64,000 nucleotides of DNA from the human T2T-CHM13v2.0 reference genome, Homo sapiens. Where the stretch lies: the NCBI RefSeq assembly GCF_009914755.1, contig NC_060932.1. One strand, 5' to 3'. The translations under genes were made by a program, and so were the position numbers. Shown here one piece after another: positions 1 through 11,570 of the stretch. The notes beneath the pieces were generated by a model, which ran no database searches, was not told the DNA's origin, and was given only the letters and a program-made list of their open reading frames with translations. Each line of letters starts with the position of its first letter. Within the stretch, counting starts at the first letter, position 1.

Positions 1-1070
1 AACACAAAACAAAAATGCTAACAATTTTTACGACATTTCTAATTTTACTTTACCCATAATTTTAAAGCCAGCTCATTTATTAAATATTTTAAGTCAAGTG
101 ACCTTAAAAAGCATTTGTGTAGTCTTTTATTTGATTAAGTATCTGATTTATGTGCTTTTATTTTTAAAGCCAATTAGAGCTCTTGTATATATTTTTAATA
201 GTGAAACATTGTGTACACAACACATAAATACATAGATGTATTAGGCATGCCAATAGATGTACATCTTATAGATTCATAAGATCCTATTTTTTCCTGTCTT
301 AGGTTTTCAAATTCTTGATAACCTGTTTGACTACCTTAGGTAGCTGTCAGCTAAATAGCCTTACTCTGCATATCAAAGGAAACAATTCATAGGTGAAAAT
401 CAGATAGGAAACTTACATCTGAGGAACACAGCGAAATAGTCTGTTGTGCTAGACAGAAATTAAAATGGATGTAACTGCTACATAACATAAAATTATAGAA
501 ATCATAAAAGCCTTTTAAATATATACATGCACATATTTGCACAGAAAAGAAAATCCTGTAGCTTTTGGTTGAGAACTTTAGGAATGATATGAAACTGGCT
601 TGAAAAACGAACAAACAGACAAACAAAACCCTGTTATATCCAAACAGTGGCTTTTATCTCAGTCATAATGTAACAGCTGATATAAAGCAGGCAGAAAAGA
701 AAAGAGAGAAAAAGAGACCTTAGGAAATCTATAACTTGCAGGTCGACCTTAGGGCTTTTTTTTTTTTTTTTTTTTAAATGTGCACAAAGACCACGTTACT
801 TCCATTTTACATAAAGTCTGGCTAGTAGAGTTGTCGTAAAATCTAAGAAGTGCTTGAAAGTGGGTCATTCTCCTTGTTTTCTCCTAAGTTTTAGATTTTT
901 TTCTCACCTTTTTTTTAAGGAGGAATTGAGCTGTGGAATAGAGCTTTTGTGGAGTGGGTCAAAGGGTGCTGCTTGTAGGCAGGACTCCAGAGTGTGTCAC
1001 CACTGTGTCACTCCTGCCCTCTTACATGTCTCAATTTTTCTCTCCAGAGGTCTAAGCAACTCCTCAAGTT
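1..1070. mobile_element. Degenerate ERV1 (MER4-group-like) internal/LTR-adjacent retroelement sequence
   Basis: AT-rich stretch with recalled resemblance to MER4-group internal sequence (e.g. aggaggaattgagctgtgg...tcaatttttctctccagaggtctaagc). Subfamily and right boundary are uncertain. Confidence 0.4.
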
Positions 1071-2449
1071 TTTTAAGAGAACAATACTTGCAAATATTGA
1101 AACAATATAGCCTGTTCCTGAAAAATGTAATATGTTGTACAAGATCTAGTTTTACTGATGCTGCTCTAACACTTAGAATTCCTTCTGCACTCTTTGGCAT
1201 GTGGGCAGAAATTCCACCCCTTTCTTCGAGTCCCTGCCTTCTTCAAGAGTTTTTTATTTTTGCCGCACAGCCCATGTCCCCTAATTCTAACTTCCAACAA
1301 AAATATTTGTCTCCATCCATCCCTGGAGTTGTCAAAACAGGGATCTTCATGCCGGGTTTCTCAATGAGCCATTACACAGATTTAGCAGGGAAATGGGAGT
1401 AATATCAAAGACACCTTGTATAAACCATTGGATGACCCCAGCCCTCGTCTCTGCCCATGAACAGCTCCCGGGGCAGAGAGTCAGGCAGCCCTGCTCTTGT
1501 ATCCCTCAGAAAACTCTTGAGATTTTGTTCCTAAAGCCTCCCAAAGAGGGAAAAGGAATTCATCTCATGACATCCCACTTTTCATTCAAGTGAGTAATTG
1601 CGTTATGACACAGAGAAGGACACAGCATTGCTCCCCTTACTATAGCCTAGCAGATAAAGCACCAGCAAACTAAAACACCCTAACTTCTCAGTCACCATGC
1701 AAGCCCTTTTATATCAAATGCAATGGACTTTTCCACAAGCAAAATGAATCTTCTGACCAGCAGGCATCCTCTGCTTTGACTCGGGCTTGGATACATATTG
1801 TGCTTCAACAAATCTCAGTACTGAATCTAAATATCAAGGAGAAGTGGTCCCAGGAAATATACTGAGAGGACTTTGAGCTTTTACCAAACTGCACAATCCC
1901 AAAATCATAGACTTTACTGAGGCCAATTAAATTGGCTAATTCATGGGTGAAAGTGAAACATCATAATGTTTACAAATCTGCCCAACTGTTTTTACGTTAA
2001 AGCCAGGGTTTATGTCAATTCCTGTGTGAGGATGAGGAGACATCAATTCAAGCCCATGACAATCTGGAAGGACAGGCAGAGACTGTGTCCAGGCAGGCCT
2101 CACATTATTTATACTTTGACCTATTTAATTAAATATGTAATGTTCTCCAAATTTTAGATGTCATTTGCTGTAATCCTGACCCACTAAGATGTACTATTTG
2201 TGCTGTAAAATTGTATTGTATTTGACAAATGCATAGTGGCAGATCTCTGGCATTAAAGCATCACACAGAATGTTTCTCTTATTCGAGCTCCTCTTTCCTC
2301 CACATACAGGGAATCAACAGACTATTTTATACGGTCTTTGGACTTTGCTTCTTTATTTCCACCCTCTTTCATAAAAAAAAAAGAAAAAGAAAAAAGATAC
2401 CGTGCTCCATTTGCATTTGATCTTCCAAAAGGAAGGTACTGATAAAACC

Positions 2450-3110
2450 GGAATTTCAGCGATACAGACGCAGGTCAACCGCTAAACAGTTAAGGCCAAG
2501 AGTCCCGCGCTGCAAGCCCATAGCCGGCAGAGGGCAATGGAACTCGCTTTCTGGTCGTGCGGGGCGCATGCGCATTCTGCTTGCGGAAGCGGGGCCAGAT
2601 CGCCAAGGAAGAAGGGAACTTCCCTTCCTCAGGCCAGGGAGGAGGAGGCGCCGCCCTGGCTTTGGGGCAAATGGGGCTGCATCCATCTTAAGGAAAACGC
2701 TGCTGTTCACAGCCCTACCTGCTGAGGAGTGAGATTCCCTGCGCGTCTCCCGGATATTTTTCTGAAACAGCACTAAAGACTTAATGTTCTGGGCTGTTCC
2801 TACGTGTTTTCTTCTGCACTGTCTGTTGGGATATATTAGCAAGAATTATTTTACAAATCTACGTATTCCTTAGGGATTTTCATTGATAACCATAGCAGGC
2901 CGTAATGTGCCTTCCTCGCAACCTCTGTCAGGATTGATTATGAGGAGAAACACAAGAAGAATTGTGAGGAAAATCTACAGAATACAGGGACCCTGCACAG
3001 GAAGGAGTATGTGGCCGGGGCACGGCGGCGCACTGTCGCGCAGCTCGCGAGAAAGGGGCCCCTGCAGGGAAACCCCGCACTCTGCATCCCTGCATTTCCA
3101 CATTGTGAGG
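2450..3110. promoter_or_regulatory. CpG-rich promoter-like patch with NRF1, ETS and TCTCGCGAGA-like motifs
   Basis: Local CpG enrichment in a CpG-poor flank. GCGCATGCGCA at 2564-2574, CGGAAG at 2584-2589, GCTCGCGAGA at 3043-3052. Confidence 0.5.
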
Positions 3111-4521
3111 GGCTCATCTTTCCTACAGTGCCAAATTCACTGAAAAATAGTGAGACAATGAAAGGGAGGGGCACTAATGCATCCTTTAATTGTTGCTATT
3201 AAAACGGCAAGAGCCACGTCTTTAATTTTACCCTAGCACTGCAGATTTAAAAGTGATTTTCATTACACATGCAAGGGGAAAGCTACACTTTTGTGAAAAA
3301 TAGTTTCTACCCCAAATGAAAACATATTGCTTAAATATTTCTTCAAAAATAAGTTATTATTCTGTGCTGCAGGATATATCCTGAGACATTTATGCTGCAA
3401 ATTTATTAATTTATCTATTAAAACATTTGGTTTATAATCAAAGCGATTATAAAGGTAGCATATATATTTGGCACGTCCCTCATATTTTTATTCTTGTACT
3501 GGTTTGCAGTCCATAGGTTTTCAGCTAGACGTGACACACAGAAACTCACCATGAGGAGCCTTTCTCTTTCTTGACTGTAAAATATACATACTCCAGAATC
3601 ATCAATAGAGGCTATTTCTTGAATATCTCAACCTGAACCCCGCAGCCAGAAAGAATGTAGGCAATTAATCCAATTTTATAACTGCAGCTGATATTCAGCT
3701 AATTACCTGCTGTTCTCCTCAGAAATTATCAAAATCCCCAAAGCAGAGAGTTCTCTGGATAAAGGCACTAATGTTCCCCTTGGAGGCTTTTAAGACATTG
3801 GCAAAATTAAAGGAATCTTCCTGTTTTCCTTTTATTCATCTAAATGATTTATCTAACTGGAGAAGAAAGCTTCAGTGCAAAAGGCATCTGCTAATTAGAT
3901 TCAATTTTTTTTTTAACATTTAAGGGAAACAGGGTCTATACTTCACCTAATAAAACTGATGAAATTATCAGCTAAATGCAAAGAGAATCCACAAACAAAT
4001 TTATACAAGTTCTAGAGAGAGGATGAAGCCCTGAGCTCAGGGGCCTGTTAGAGATGGCACGCTCAGTAATGGTGCACCCTCACAGATTTTCCTTCTAGTT
4101 CAGTTCTAGTGATTACTGGATTACTGTTTTCCCCCAATACCATGTATTATTCTTTATACTGTCAAATAATTTTTAATCTTAAAATGACTAATTCTGAGTT
4201 CAGGCATATGGTGTCTGGCCACCTGCAAGAAGTTTAGGTGACTTTGCCAATAAGAATGATGGATTTGTAATTAATAAGTAATGTTGAAAGCAAAACTTGC
4301 ATTACAATTCTGAAATTAGTCCAGCGGGGATACAGGCAAGAAATAAATTAACAGACAGATTAATACACAATGATATATTAGAAATTAAGTAAAGGTTCTT
4401 TTTGTATTTTCCCCAGCTTGTCTTACAGTATTCGCTTCTTCTGTTTGGATAACTTTCCCCAGGAGATTCATTTTAAAACTTAATTCACTTAAAATAACGT
4501 ATTTTTTTTTATTTAAAAATA

Positions 4522-4852
4522 CTGTCAGCCCTCCACATCCATAGGTTCCATATTCATGGATCCAACTAATCTTGAATAGAAAATATTCACAAAAGATTTG
4601 CACAAGTTTCTTCAAAGAAACTTTAAATTTTCCATGCATCACATTCTTTTTGAGTTCACATAAATGACGTGACGTCTGGGCATTGCATTAAGTATTGTAA
4701 GTAATCTAGAGATCATTTAAATTATATAAATTAATGTGATTATGTTATATTCAAATTCTACGCCGTTTTATACAAGGGACTTGAGTATATACAAATTGTG
4801 GCATATTTAAAGTTTCCTAGACCCAATCCTTTATGTTTACTAAGAAACGACG
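4522..4852 (-). mobile_element. MER2/MER2B (TcMar-Tigger) DNA transposon fossil
   Basis: TA dinucleotides flank both ends (4520-4521, 4853-4854). Diagnostic MER2-family blocks taagtaatctagagatcatttaaa and ttttatacaagggacttgag; degenerate terminal inverted repeats. Confidence 0.75.
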
Positions 4853-4994
4853 TACACATGAACTTTACAGAAAATAACTGTCCTACCAAATTAATGAACA
4901 GACTACAATAGAAAGTAAATATTGCTAGTTTAAAATACTGTTATTTTATGTCACAATTATATGGTGAATCAGAGTAGAGCTCTTGAATTAATTT

Positions 4995-5150
4995 TGATTG
5001 AATTAGGCTAATTCTGACTGGGTCACACTCATATTGACTGAGTTTTGATAAAACCACTCCCATGCTGGCCCTTCATGTTGTTTAATCAGCACCACTAGCC
5101 AATCACATTCATCCATTTTGACAAATCCCATGGCTCCACCTCTTATAAGA
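4995..5150 (+). promoter_or_regulatory. PRR23D proximal promoter: DUX4-type site, CCAAT and TATA
   Basis: TGATTGAATTA at 4995-5005 (reverse complement TAATTCAATCA), CCAAT at 5099-5103, TATAAGA at 5144-5150, about 220 bp upstream of the ATG. Confidence 0.6.
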
Positions 5151-5368
5151 CCCTTGGAGGATTTCCCCAAGAGCTCACTCTACCAAAGCACCATTTGACC
5201 GGTCCCAGGCCAGGACACACTCTTCCATGCTCTGGCTGTGCTGTGCTAGAGGCTGATAATTTTTCTCCAGGTAGAGTAAAAGATCAAGGCACGAACTATA
5301 TAGATTTACAGAAAATAGGCCAAAGATTGAGATTTTTTTGACACAAGCAAGTCCAGAGAACTTTTACC

Positions 5369-7444
5369 ATGTATGGTTACCGGCGCTTAAGAAACCCCAG
5401 AGATTCCCAGACAGAACCGCAGAATGACAATGAAGGAGAGACCAGGTATGTTGGAGTATGTGGCTACTTTGGGTTGCCAGGAGGTTGACATGTGACTGTG
5501 TGTGACTGTATGTGTGTGTGTGTGTGTGAATGTATGCTAAAGGGCCAAACTAGGGCAGAGAAGACACCCTGGCCTGCCATGACATTGAATGTTATAAATT
5601 TAGAACACACTGGGGAGACATGAGACCCACAGTGGAGGCCACAGGATGCAGCCAGCATGGGGGGTTTCTGCAGCCTGTCAGGGGGCTCATCTCATGTTTC
5701 TTCCCATTGTTAATCTCTGTCCTCTGGGTAAACAGAAGTTGCCTCTTGTGTGGAGACAGGTAAACTGTGGGCATGATCTAAATTTTTTCCTTGTGCTCAC
5801 TAGAAAATGGAACATTTCATGTCATTTATCACTCCATTCACACTGTAACTGCATAGACACAGGGGTTAGATACCCGGAAAATCAGCATCTTCTCCTAAAG
5901 TCCTCGGGCCAAATTTGATGTCCCTCCTTCTCATGTGGATGAGCTCCTGAAAAAGCAAACTGTTTCCTGTGATCGCCATGTCTTATCACACACATGCACC
6001 GATAGGAAAAGCCTCTAGAAAAGGAGAGGGTGGGATATGAGTGTTAGGACTTTCTGGATGCAGGTAGGATTTGGAGCTGAACACAAGTGCATGTGATTTT
6101 GGATCACAGCAGCAATGTGTGCCGGATGACTAATGAAGTTTGGGGCTTGTGAGAATTGGACTTTGTGTCACTATGTGGAAGATTGATGGGTCCCTTTCTG
6201 TCCTGCAGTTTGGCTACCACACAAATGAATCCACCCAAACGTCGCCAAGTGGAGCAGGGTCCCAGTACAGGTAAGGCACTTTCCCTAATATTTTTTAAGA
6301 TTCCCATGCCTGGAAGTCAGTGTCATGTCTCATGATACCATAAATGGAGAGGGTGCTTTCTGCAGGGTGAGTGGAAAGTCATGCTTCACTGTTGGGGGCT
6401 GGTGTCCTGAGGCTGGCCAGTGCTGGGTGGTGGATTTCTGAAGGTCACATTCTGAAATGCAAGAGACTCTTGCTGGAAGAGAGCCTTAACCTCCCTCACT
6501 GTGGTCTCTCTGCAGGTGCAAAAAAACCCTCAATTTCAGGAGCTCCACACCTGAATTCATACCAGTCCCTGGAACTTCCGCAGGTAAGTTCCTGTGTCCT
6601 TGCATAGCAAAGATTGGATAGTGCTGCACAATCTTCAGGTTCAAGGGACATCCAGTGGATGTATATTTAGGTGGATTGGCATGAGCACCAATTCTGGGAG
6701 GGAGTTTGTATTTTAAAGTTGTAAAGGGTGAAGCTCCTGGCATCTCCCTCCCCATGAGCATCATTTGCAGCCTTTTTGGAGGGCAGAATACTGAGGACTG
6801 TCTTTCCACAGAAGCAGCAGGATTCTGGCACTGAGGAGCTCATGATAGTCCTGGAACAAGGGACAGAAGTGAGGTTGAGCCTGGAAGAGGTCATCCTCAT
6901 CTTGGCCCCAGAGACAGTGCTGCAGCTGACCCTGGAGAACACAGTCCTTGTGATTGTCCCTGAGCATGTCCTGAGGTCAGAAGATGGCCTGCAGTCCCCT
7001 GTGCAGATCCAGTACATCATACCTTCCGTTGATGACTTCAGCTTGGAGTTCCATGCTCAAGATGGAGACATCTCAGACATGAGAAGAGAGAATGTGCCTT
7101 TTTCACCTGCAGAAGAAGGGAAGGCAGCACCCCTGTATCAGCAGCCCTTGATGATACCCCAAGCAAACCACATGGCTGGGATCAGCCCTTCTTTCCTAGT
7201 AACCCCATTGTGCATTCCACGCTGTCGGGCAGCCTTCCCCCAATGCTACCCTCTACCACCCACACCTAGTCCCGTGGGACGCCCTAGACCAGCCGACTCC
7301 AGTTTCAGCCTGCATGGTATGGAGCTCTTGTGCACCTCCTCCCTCAGACCTATGCCCCCTTCACCAAGTCCTGGTCCCCAGGTCTATCACAGGGTTCACC
7401 ATAGGCCTCCCAGCAGGGCACGGAGATGTCTCTTTAGGAAGTGA
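5369..7444 (+). CDS. PRR23D1: Proline-rich protein 23D (PRR23D1/PRR23D2; paralogs not distinguishable here), 279 aa. Coding exons 5369-5445, 6209-6270, 6516-6583, 6812-7444
   Basis: accATG start; canonical GT-AG junctions with matching phases; 77+62+68+633=840 nt open frame MYGYRRLRNPRDSQTEPQ...LATTQMNPPKRRQV...IVLEQGTEVRLSLEEVILILAPE...SRARRCLFRK, with a PRR23-family core. Confidence 0.92.
5497..5528. repeat. (TG)n microsatellite in PRR23D intron
   Basis: Interrupted TG run, directly visible. Confidence 0.85.
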
Positions 7445-7638
7445 TTTAACCCAAGAGCCACCCCCTGCATTGATAGGTCAGAGATTGTCCAGATCCTTAG
7501 TCAGTGCATTCTCTGAAATGTGGAGAGAAAGTAATTTGACCACTTGCTTGCCCTTTGCTGTTCCCCATCATCAACCACTGTCTTCAACAGCGGAGGGTCC
7601 CAGATGCTGCAGGGAGGGGGAGAACTGCAGGGAGTTCA

Positions 7639-7644
7639 AATAAA
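7639..7644 (+). terminator. PRR23D polyadenylation signal AATAAA
   Basis: AATAAA about 195 nt after the stop codon; also present at the homologous site of the pseudogene (11062-11067). Confidence 0.75.
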
Positions 7645-8119
7645 ACATTCACATTTCACTTCACACACACTGTCCCTTAGACTTTCTCTTCCTATTTAAG
7701 CACATACATCCAACCACACTCAATCAAATCCCTGACTGCTCCATGTGAGAGTTCTGCTTCCAGCATGACGTGGTCTGAAAGTTCATCTGAAGACAGCTGC
7801 TCACTCCCGGGGGCTAACACCACCCCTTGCATGCTGATGTCCTTGTAGTCATTGGTCTGATGCCACAATAAATAATTCCTAAGGCTGATGCTCTATTTCT
7901 GCCCTGAGACTCTCCCCTTTTTCTCCAAGCTGTGCCCCATTCCTTGTCTTAGTCCAGGTTCCCTACACTCCCCAGGCCAATGCTTTTGAATAAATCTTGA
8001 CGTCATTGAATGAAGTAGTGGTGACTGCTGTGCTTGCTTCCAACTGAGACACTCTCCTGCTCTCACTCATCACGTTTCCATTCACATTTGCCTTTGTTTA
8101 GTTTTGTTTTCCATTGTTT

Positions 8120-9410
8120 GGGTTTATTATTCATGTACTTATGAAATAACTGCCACATTTCTGACAGTTTTTTTGGCCAATTTGGGGCTTTTCCTGTGCT
8201 CCTCCTTCCAAGTCCTGAGTGGGGTCACTGTTTGCACCTCTGGGCCCTGGGATGGGTCTGGCTTAGCAAATGGTTGAACAGACCTTAGCTCTGTGTGTTG
8301 GGACGGGCACCTGCACTTGCTCACAGCTGCTTCCAGGCTCTCCCTGTCCTGCCTGGACGTCTCTGTGTCTCTGGAGTGTCTAGGAAGTCTAGAAGTTCTC
8401 TTGAGGGCCCAGCACCTCTTTGTTGGCCTGCATGTCCCAGCCTGTATGTCCATGGCCAGCTAGAGCTACCACTAGCTTTTCCTGGCCAACCTGGGAGCTC
8501 AGGCCTGAGTCCTGGAGGCAGGGGAGATGCAGGGATAATGTCCTGGCCTTCTGGAGCCCAACTCCAGTAGGTGGGGAGTGCTCATGACCCTGCGGGGAGT
8601 ACAGGGCGTTTGCCCTTGACTTGCCTGAGCCTCTGAAACCTCACATGTCCCCTGGAGGTGGGTGCAGCTTCCTCCTACTCTGGCCTTGCTGGCCTGGGAA
8701 GGGCGTCCTTGGTCCCTTGAACCCTCACAGCATTTTCTCTTCTACTGAGGTTTCAGGAACTGCCTTTCCCCTCTGGGAAGGAGGACAGGGACTCTTTCAG
8801 GTTTGATTCTCCTCGGGGTTTTAGACGTTGGCTGAGGTGGGAACTGCCTTCATCCACATGAAAGGCCCAGCCAGGGCATCCTCACCAGCCTGGGCCTCTG
8901 GGTAGGTTCTGAGTCTGGTCACTGGAGAGGCCGCTTCTGTGAGCCCCAAGACAGCAGCCCCTGTGAAGGCCATTCTCCTCTGTTCCCTCAGGGTGTCAGG
9001 ACCCGCCTGTGTCCAGGAAGTCCCCTCTGAGACTAGATTGTCCTTGGTGCAGCCCTCCCAGAGCCGTGCAGAGGCAGATGTGGTGCACTGGGCCTGGGCT
9101 CTGAGGAAGCAGTGGTAGCGGGGGCCAGGGAGGACCCAGGCTCTAGGGCAAGGGAGTGTCTTACCTGGGTAGAGCTGGGCCGCATTCAGGGAGTGGCACT
9201 CCAGGGTTCTGTTTCAGGTGGAGCAGGGGCCAACTCAGGATCAAGTACCTCTCCTTCCACCTCCAGGACTCACCCAGGGGCAGGCGGGAGCTCCAGGTTC
9301 TTCTCCTCCTCCTCCTCCTCCTCCTCCATGTGTTTTCTCTTGCTTTATTTCTCTGAGTCAAGAAATTGGGGCTGTCCTTCATATCGGTGAATTTTGACCC
9401 TAATCATCAT
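8120..9410 (-). pseudogene. Putative decayed Glu/Pro-rich gene relic of unknown family
   Basis: Minus-strand frame 9410-9165 reads MMIRVKIHRYEGQPQFLDSEK*SKRKHM(E8)KNLELPPAPG*VLEVEGEVLDPELAPAPPETEPWSATP*MRPSSTQ and ends at CAG|GTAAGA in phase 0. A GC-rich body follows, then ORF 8139-8453 ending just before a minus-strand AATAAA near 8125. Confidence 0.35.
9303..9327. repeat. (CCT)n/(GAG)n trinucleotide repeat
   Basis: Eight GAG codons on the minus strand. Confidence 0.9.
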
Positions 9411-9415
9411 GACCT

Positions 9416-9909
9416 TGTTGAGGAAAAGAGTCATACTCTGCAAAATATTTGGAGATATTTATTCTGAGCCAAATATGATTGACCATGTCGTGTGACCCAG
9501 CCCTCAGGAGGTTCTGAGAACGTGTGTCCAAGGTGATCAGGGTGCAGCTTGGTTTTATGCATTTTAGGGAGACATGACTTCAACTAAGTGCATTTAAGAA
9601 ATACGTTGATTTGATCCAGAAAAGTGGGACAACTTGAAGGAGGGGGGCTTCCAGCTTATAGATAGATTTAAAAATTATCTGGTTGATAATTGGATGAGTT
9701 TATCTAAGACCAGGGATCTATTGAAAGGAAATGTTTAGGTTAAGATAAAGAGGTGGGGAGGCCAAGTTTTACTGTGCAGAGGAACCTTCAGATAGTAGAC
9801 TTGAGAGGGAGTAGGTTGTAAAATGTTTCTTATTGGATTTAAAAGGGAGCCTGGTCTTTGTTGATTATCTCCTGTGTCTGGAAAGAAAGAAAGAAGAAAA
9901 AAAGGTGGG
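9416..9909 (-). mobile_element. 5'-truncated MER4-family (ERV1) LTR
   Basis: Begins tgttgaggaaaagagtcatactctgcaaaatatttggagatatttattctgagccaaatatg...cagccctcaggagg, the recalled reverse-complement 3' end of MER4A-type LTRs. Ends abruptly where PRR23D homology starts. Confidence 0.75.
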
Positions 9910-11570
9910 GAGCCTTAACCTCCCTCACTGTGGTCTCACCACAGATGCAGAAACACCCTTACTTCAAAGAATTCCTCACATGAATTCATTCCAGGCCTGG
10001 AATCACCCCAGGTAACTCCCTATGTTCATGGATAGCAAAGATTGGACTATGTTGCATAATCTCCAGGCCACAAGACACATCCAGTGGTGGTGCATTCAGC
10101 AGGGTCAGCATGACTGCCACTTCTAGGAGGGAATTTGTATTTTAAAGTTGTAGAGGGTGAAGCTGCTCCAGCTCCCTCCCCAGGAGCATCATTTGCAGTC
10201 TTTTTTGAAGGCAGTGGACTGAGGGCTGTCGTTCCACAGCAGCAGCAGAATTCCAGCACAGAGACGTTCATCATCGTGGTCCCGGAACAAGGGACAGAAC
10301 TCACACTGAGACTGGAAGAGTATGTCCTCATCCTGTCCCCACAGACAGCCCTGCCCTGACCCTGGGTAACAGCGTATTTGTGGTTGTGCCTGAGCATGTC
10401 CTGAGGTCACTGGATGGCCTGCAGTTCCCTCTGCAGATCGATTACATCTAGCACTCTGTGGATGACTTCACCTTGGAGTTCCATGTTCAAGACAGAGACA
10501 CCTCAGACATGAAAGAGACAATGTGCCGCGCTCACCTACAGAAGAGGGGGAGGCAGAACCCGTATGTCACCAGCCCTTGATGAGATCCGAAGAAAACCAT
10601 GTTGCTTGGCTCAGCGATTCTCTTTCAATAATCCTACTGCGCATTGCATACTTTCTCCTCTGTGCCCTACCCTTTACCAACCACACCTAGTCCAGTGGGA
10701 TTCCCTAGACCAGCCAATCTCAGCTTCAGCCTGTATAGGATGGAGACTTTGCCCAACTCCTCCCTCAGACCTATGCACCCTTCACCAAGTCCAGCACTCA
10801 GGTCTGCCACAGGGTTCACCATAGTTCTCCAACCAGAGCACGAAGATGTGTTTTCAAGAAGGGATGTAGCCAAGATCCACCACTTACATTGATAGATCAG
10901 AGATTGGCCAAATCCTTAGTCAGTGCATGCCCTAAAATGTGGAGGGAGAGTAGTTCCAGGAACCTCTTGCTTCCCCTTCTCTGTTTCCCATCATGATCCA
11001 TTGTGCTCACTAGCAGAGGATCCCAGATGCTGCAGGGAGACGAAGAACTGCAAGGTGTGTAAATAAAGTGCTCCCATTTCACTTGGCACACAGTGTCCCT
11101 TAGAATTTCTCTTCCATATTCAACCTCTTAAATGCAACCACACTCAATCAAATCCCTTACTCCTCAACGTGAGGGTTCTGCTTTCAGCATGCTTTCAGTG
11201 GCGTGAAAATTCACCTGAAGAACTCTGCTCACTCCCAGGGCTAACACAGCCCCTTGATTGCTGGTGTCCATGTAGTCATTGGTCTGATATATAGATAATA
11301 ATTCCTAAGCTTGACACTGTATGTATGCCCTGAGATTTTCACCATTTTCTCCGTGCTGTGACCCAGTCCTTGTCTTTGTTCAGGTTCCCCACACTCCCCA
11401 GGCCAATACTTTTCAATAAATACTGAAATTATAGGATGAAATAGTGGTGACTGCTGTGATTGCTTCCAAGTGAGACACGCTTCTGCTCTGGCTCATCAAG
11501 TTTACATTACCACTTCCCATTCCTAAGTTTTGTTTTCAATTTTTGGATTGTATTTCATATACCTGTACAC
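9910..11570 (+). pseudogene. 5'-truncated duplicated PRR23D pseudogene (homolog of 6481-~8140; exon 3 at 9945-10011, exon 4 from about 10240)
   Basis: Colinear similarity to PRR23D intron 2 end, exon 3, intron 3, exon 4, 3'UTR and flank. Exon 3 is 67 nt instead of 68; exon 4 has frameshifts and stops (QQQNSSTETFIIVVPEQGTELTLRLEEYVLILSPQTALP*). Exons 1-2 are absent. Confidence 0.88.

Noticed and set aside
854-1402. 182-aa plus-strand ORF
   Set aside because: Non-ATG start, partly inside repeat-derived sequence, and no recognisable domain or splice context.
3549-3632. Possible minus-strand exon (donor-like GGTGAGTT)
   Set aside because: Weak acceptor and no linked exons or frame; insufficient support.
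6776-7444. 222-aa ORF as a stand-alone gene
   Set aside because: It is the last PRR23D exon; the first 12 codons are intronic and the start is not ATG.
9161-9382. Arg-rich, protamine-like ORF (RRRRRRRRR)
   Set aside because: An alternative reading of the (GAG)n repeat; the Glu frame fits the splice phase better.
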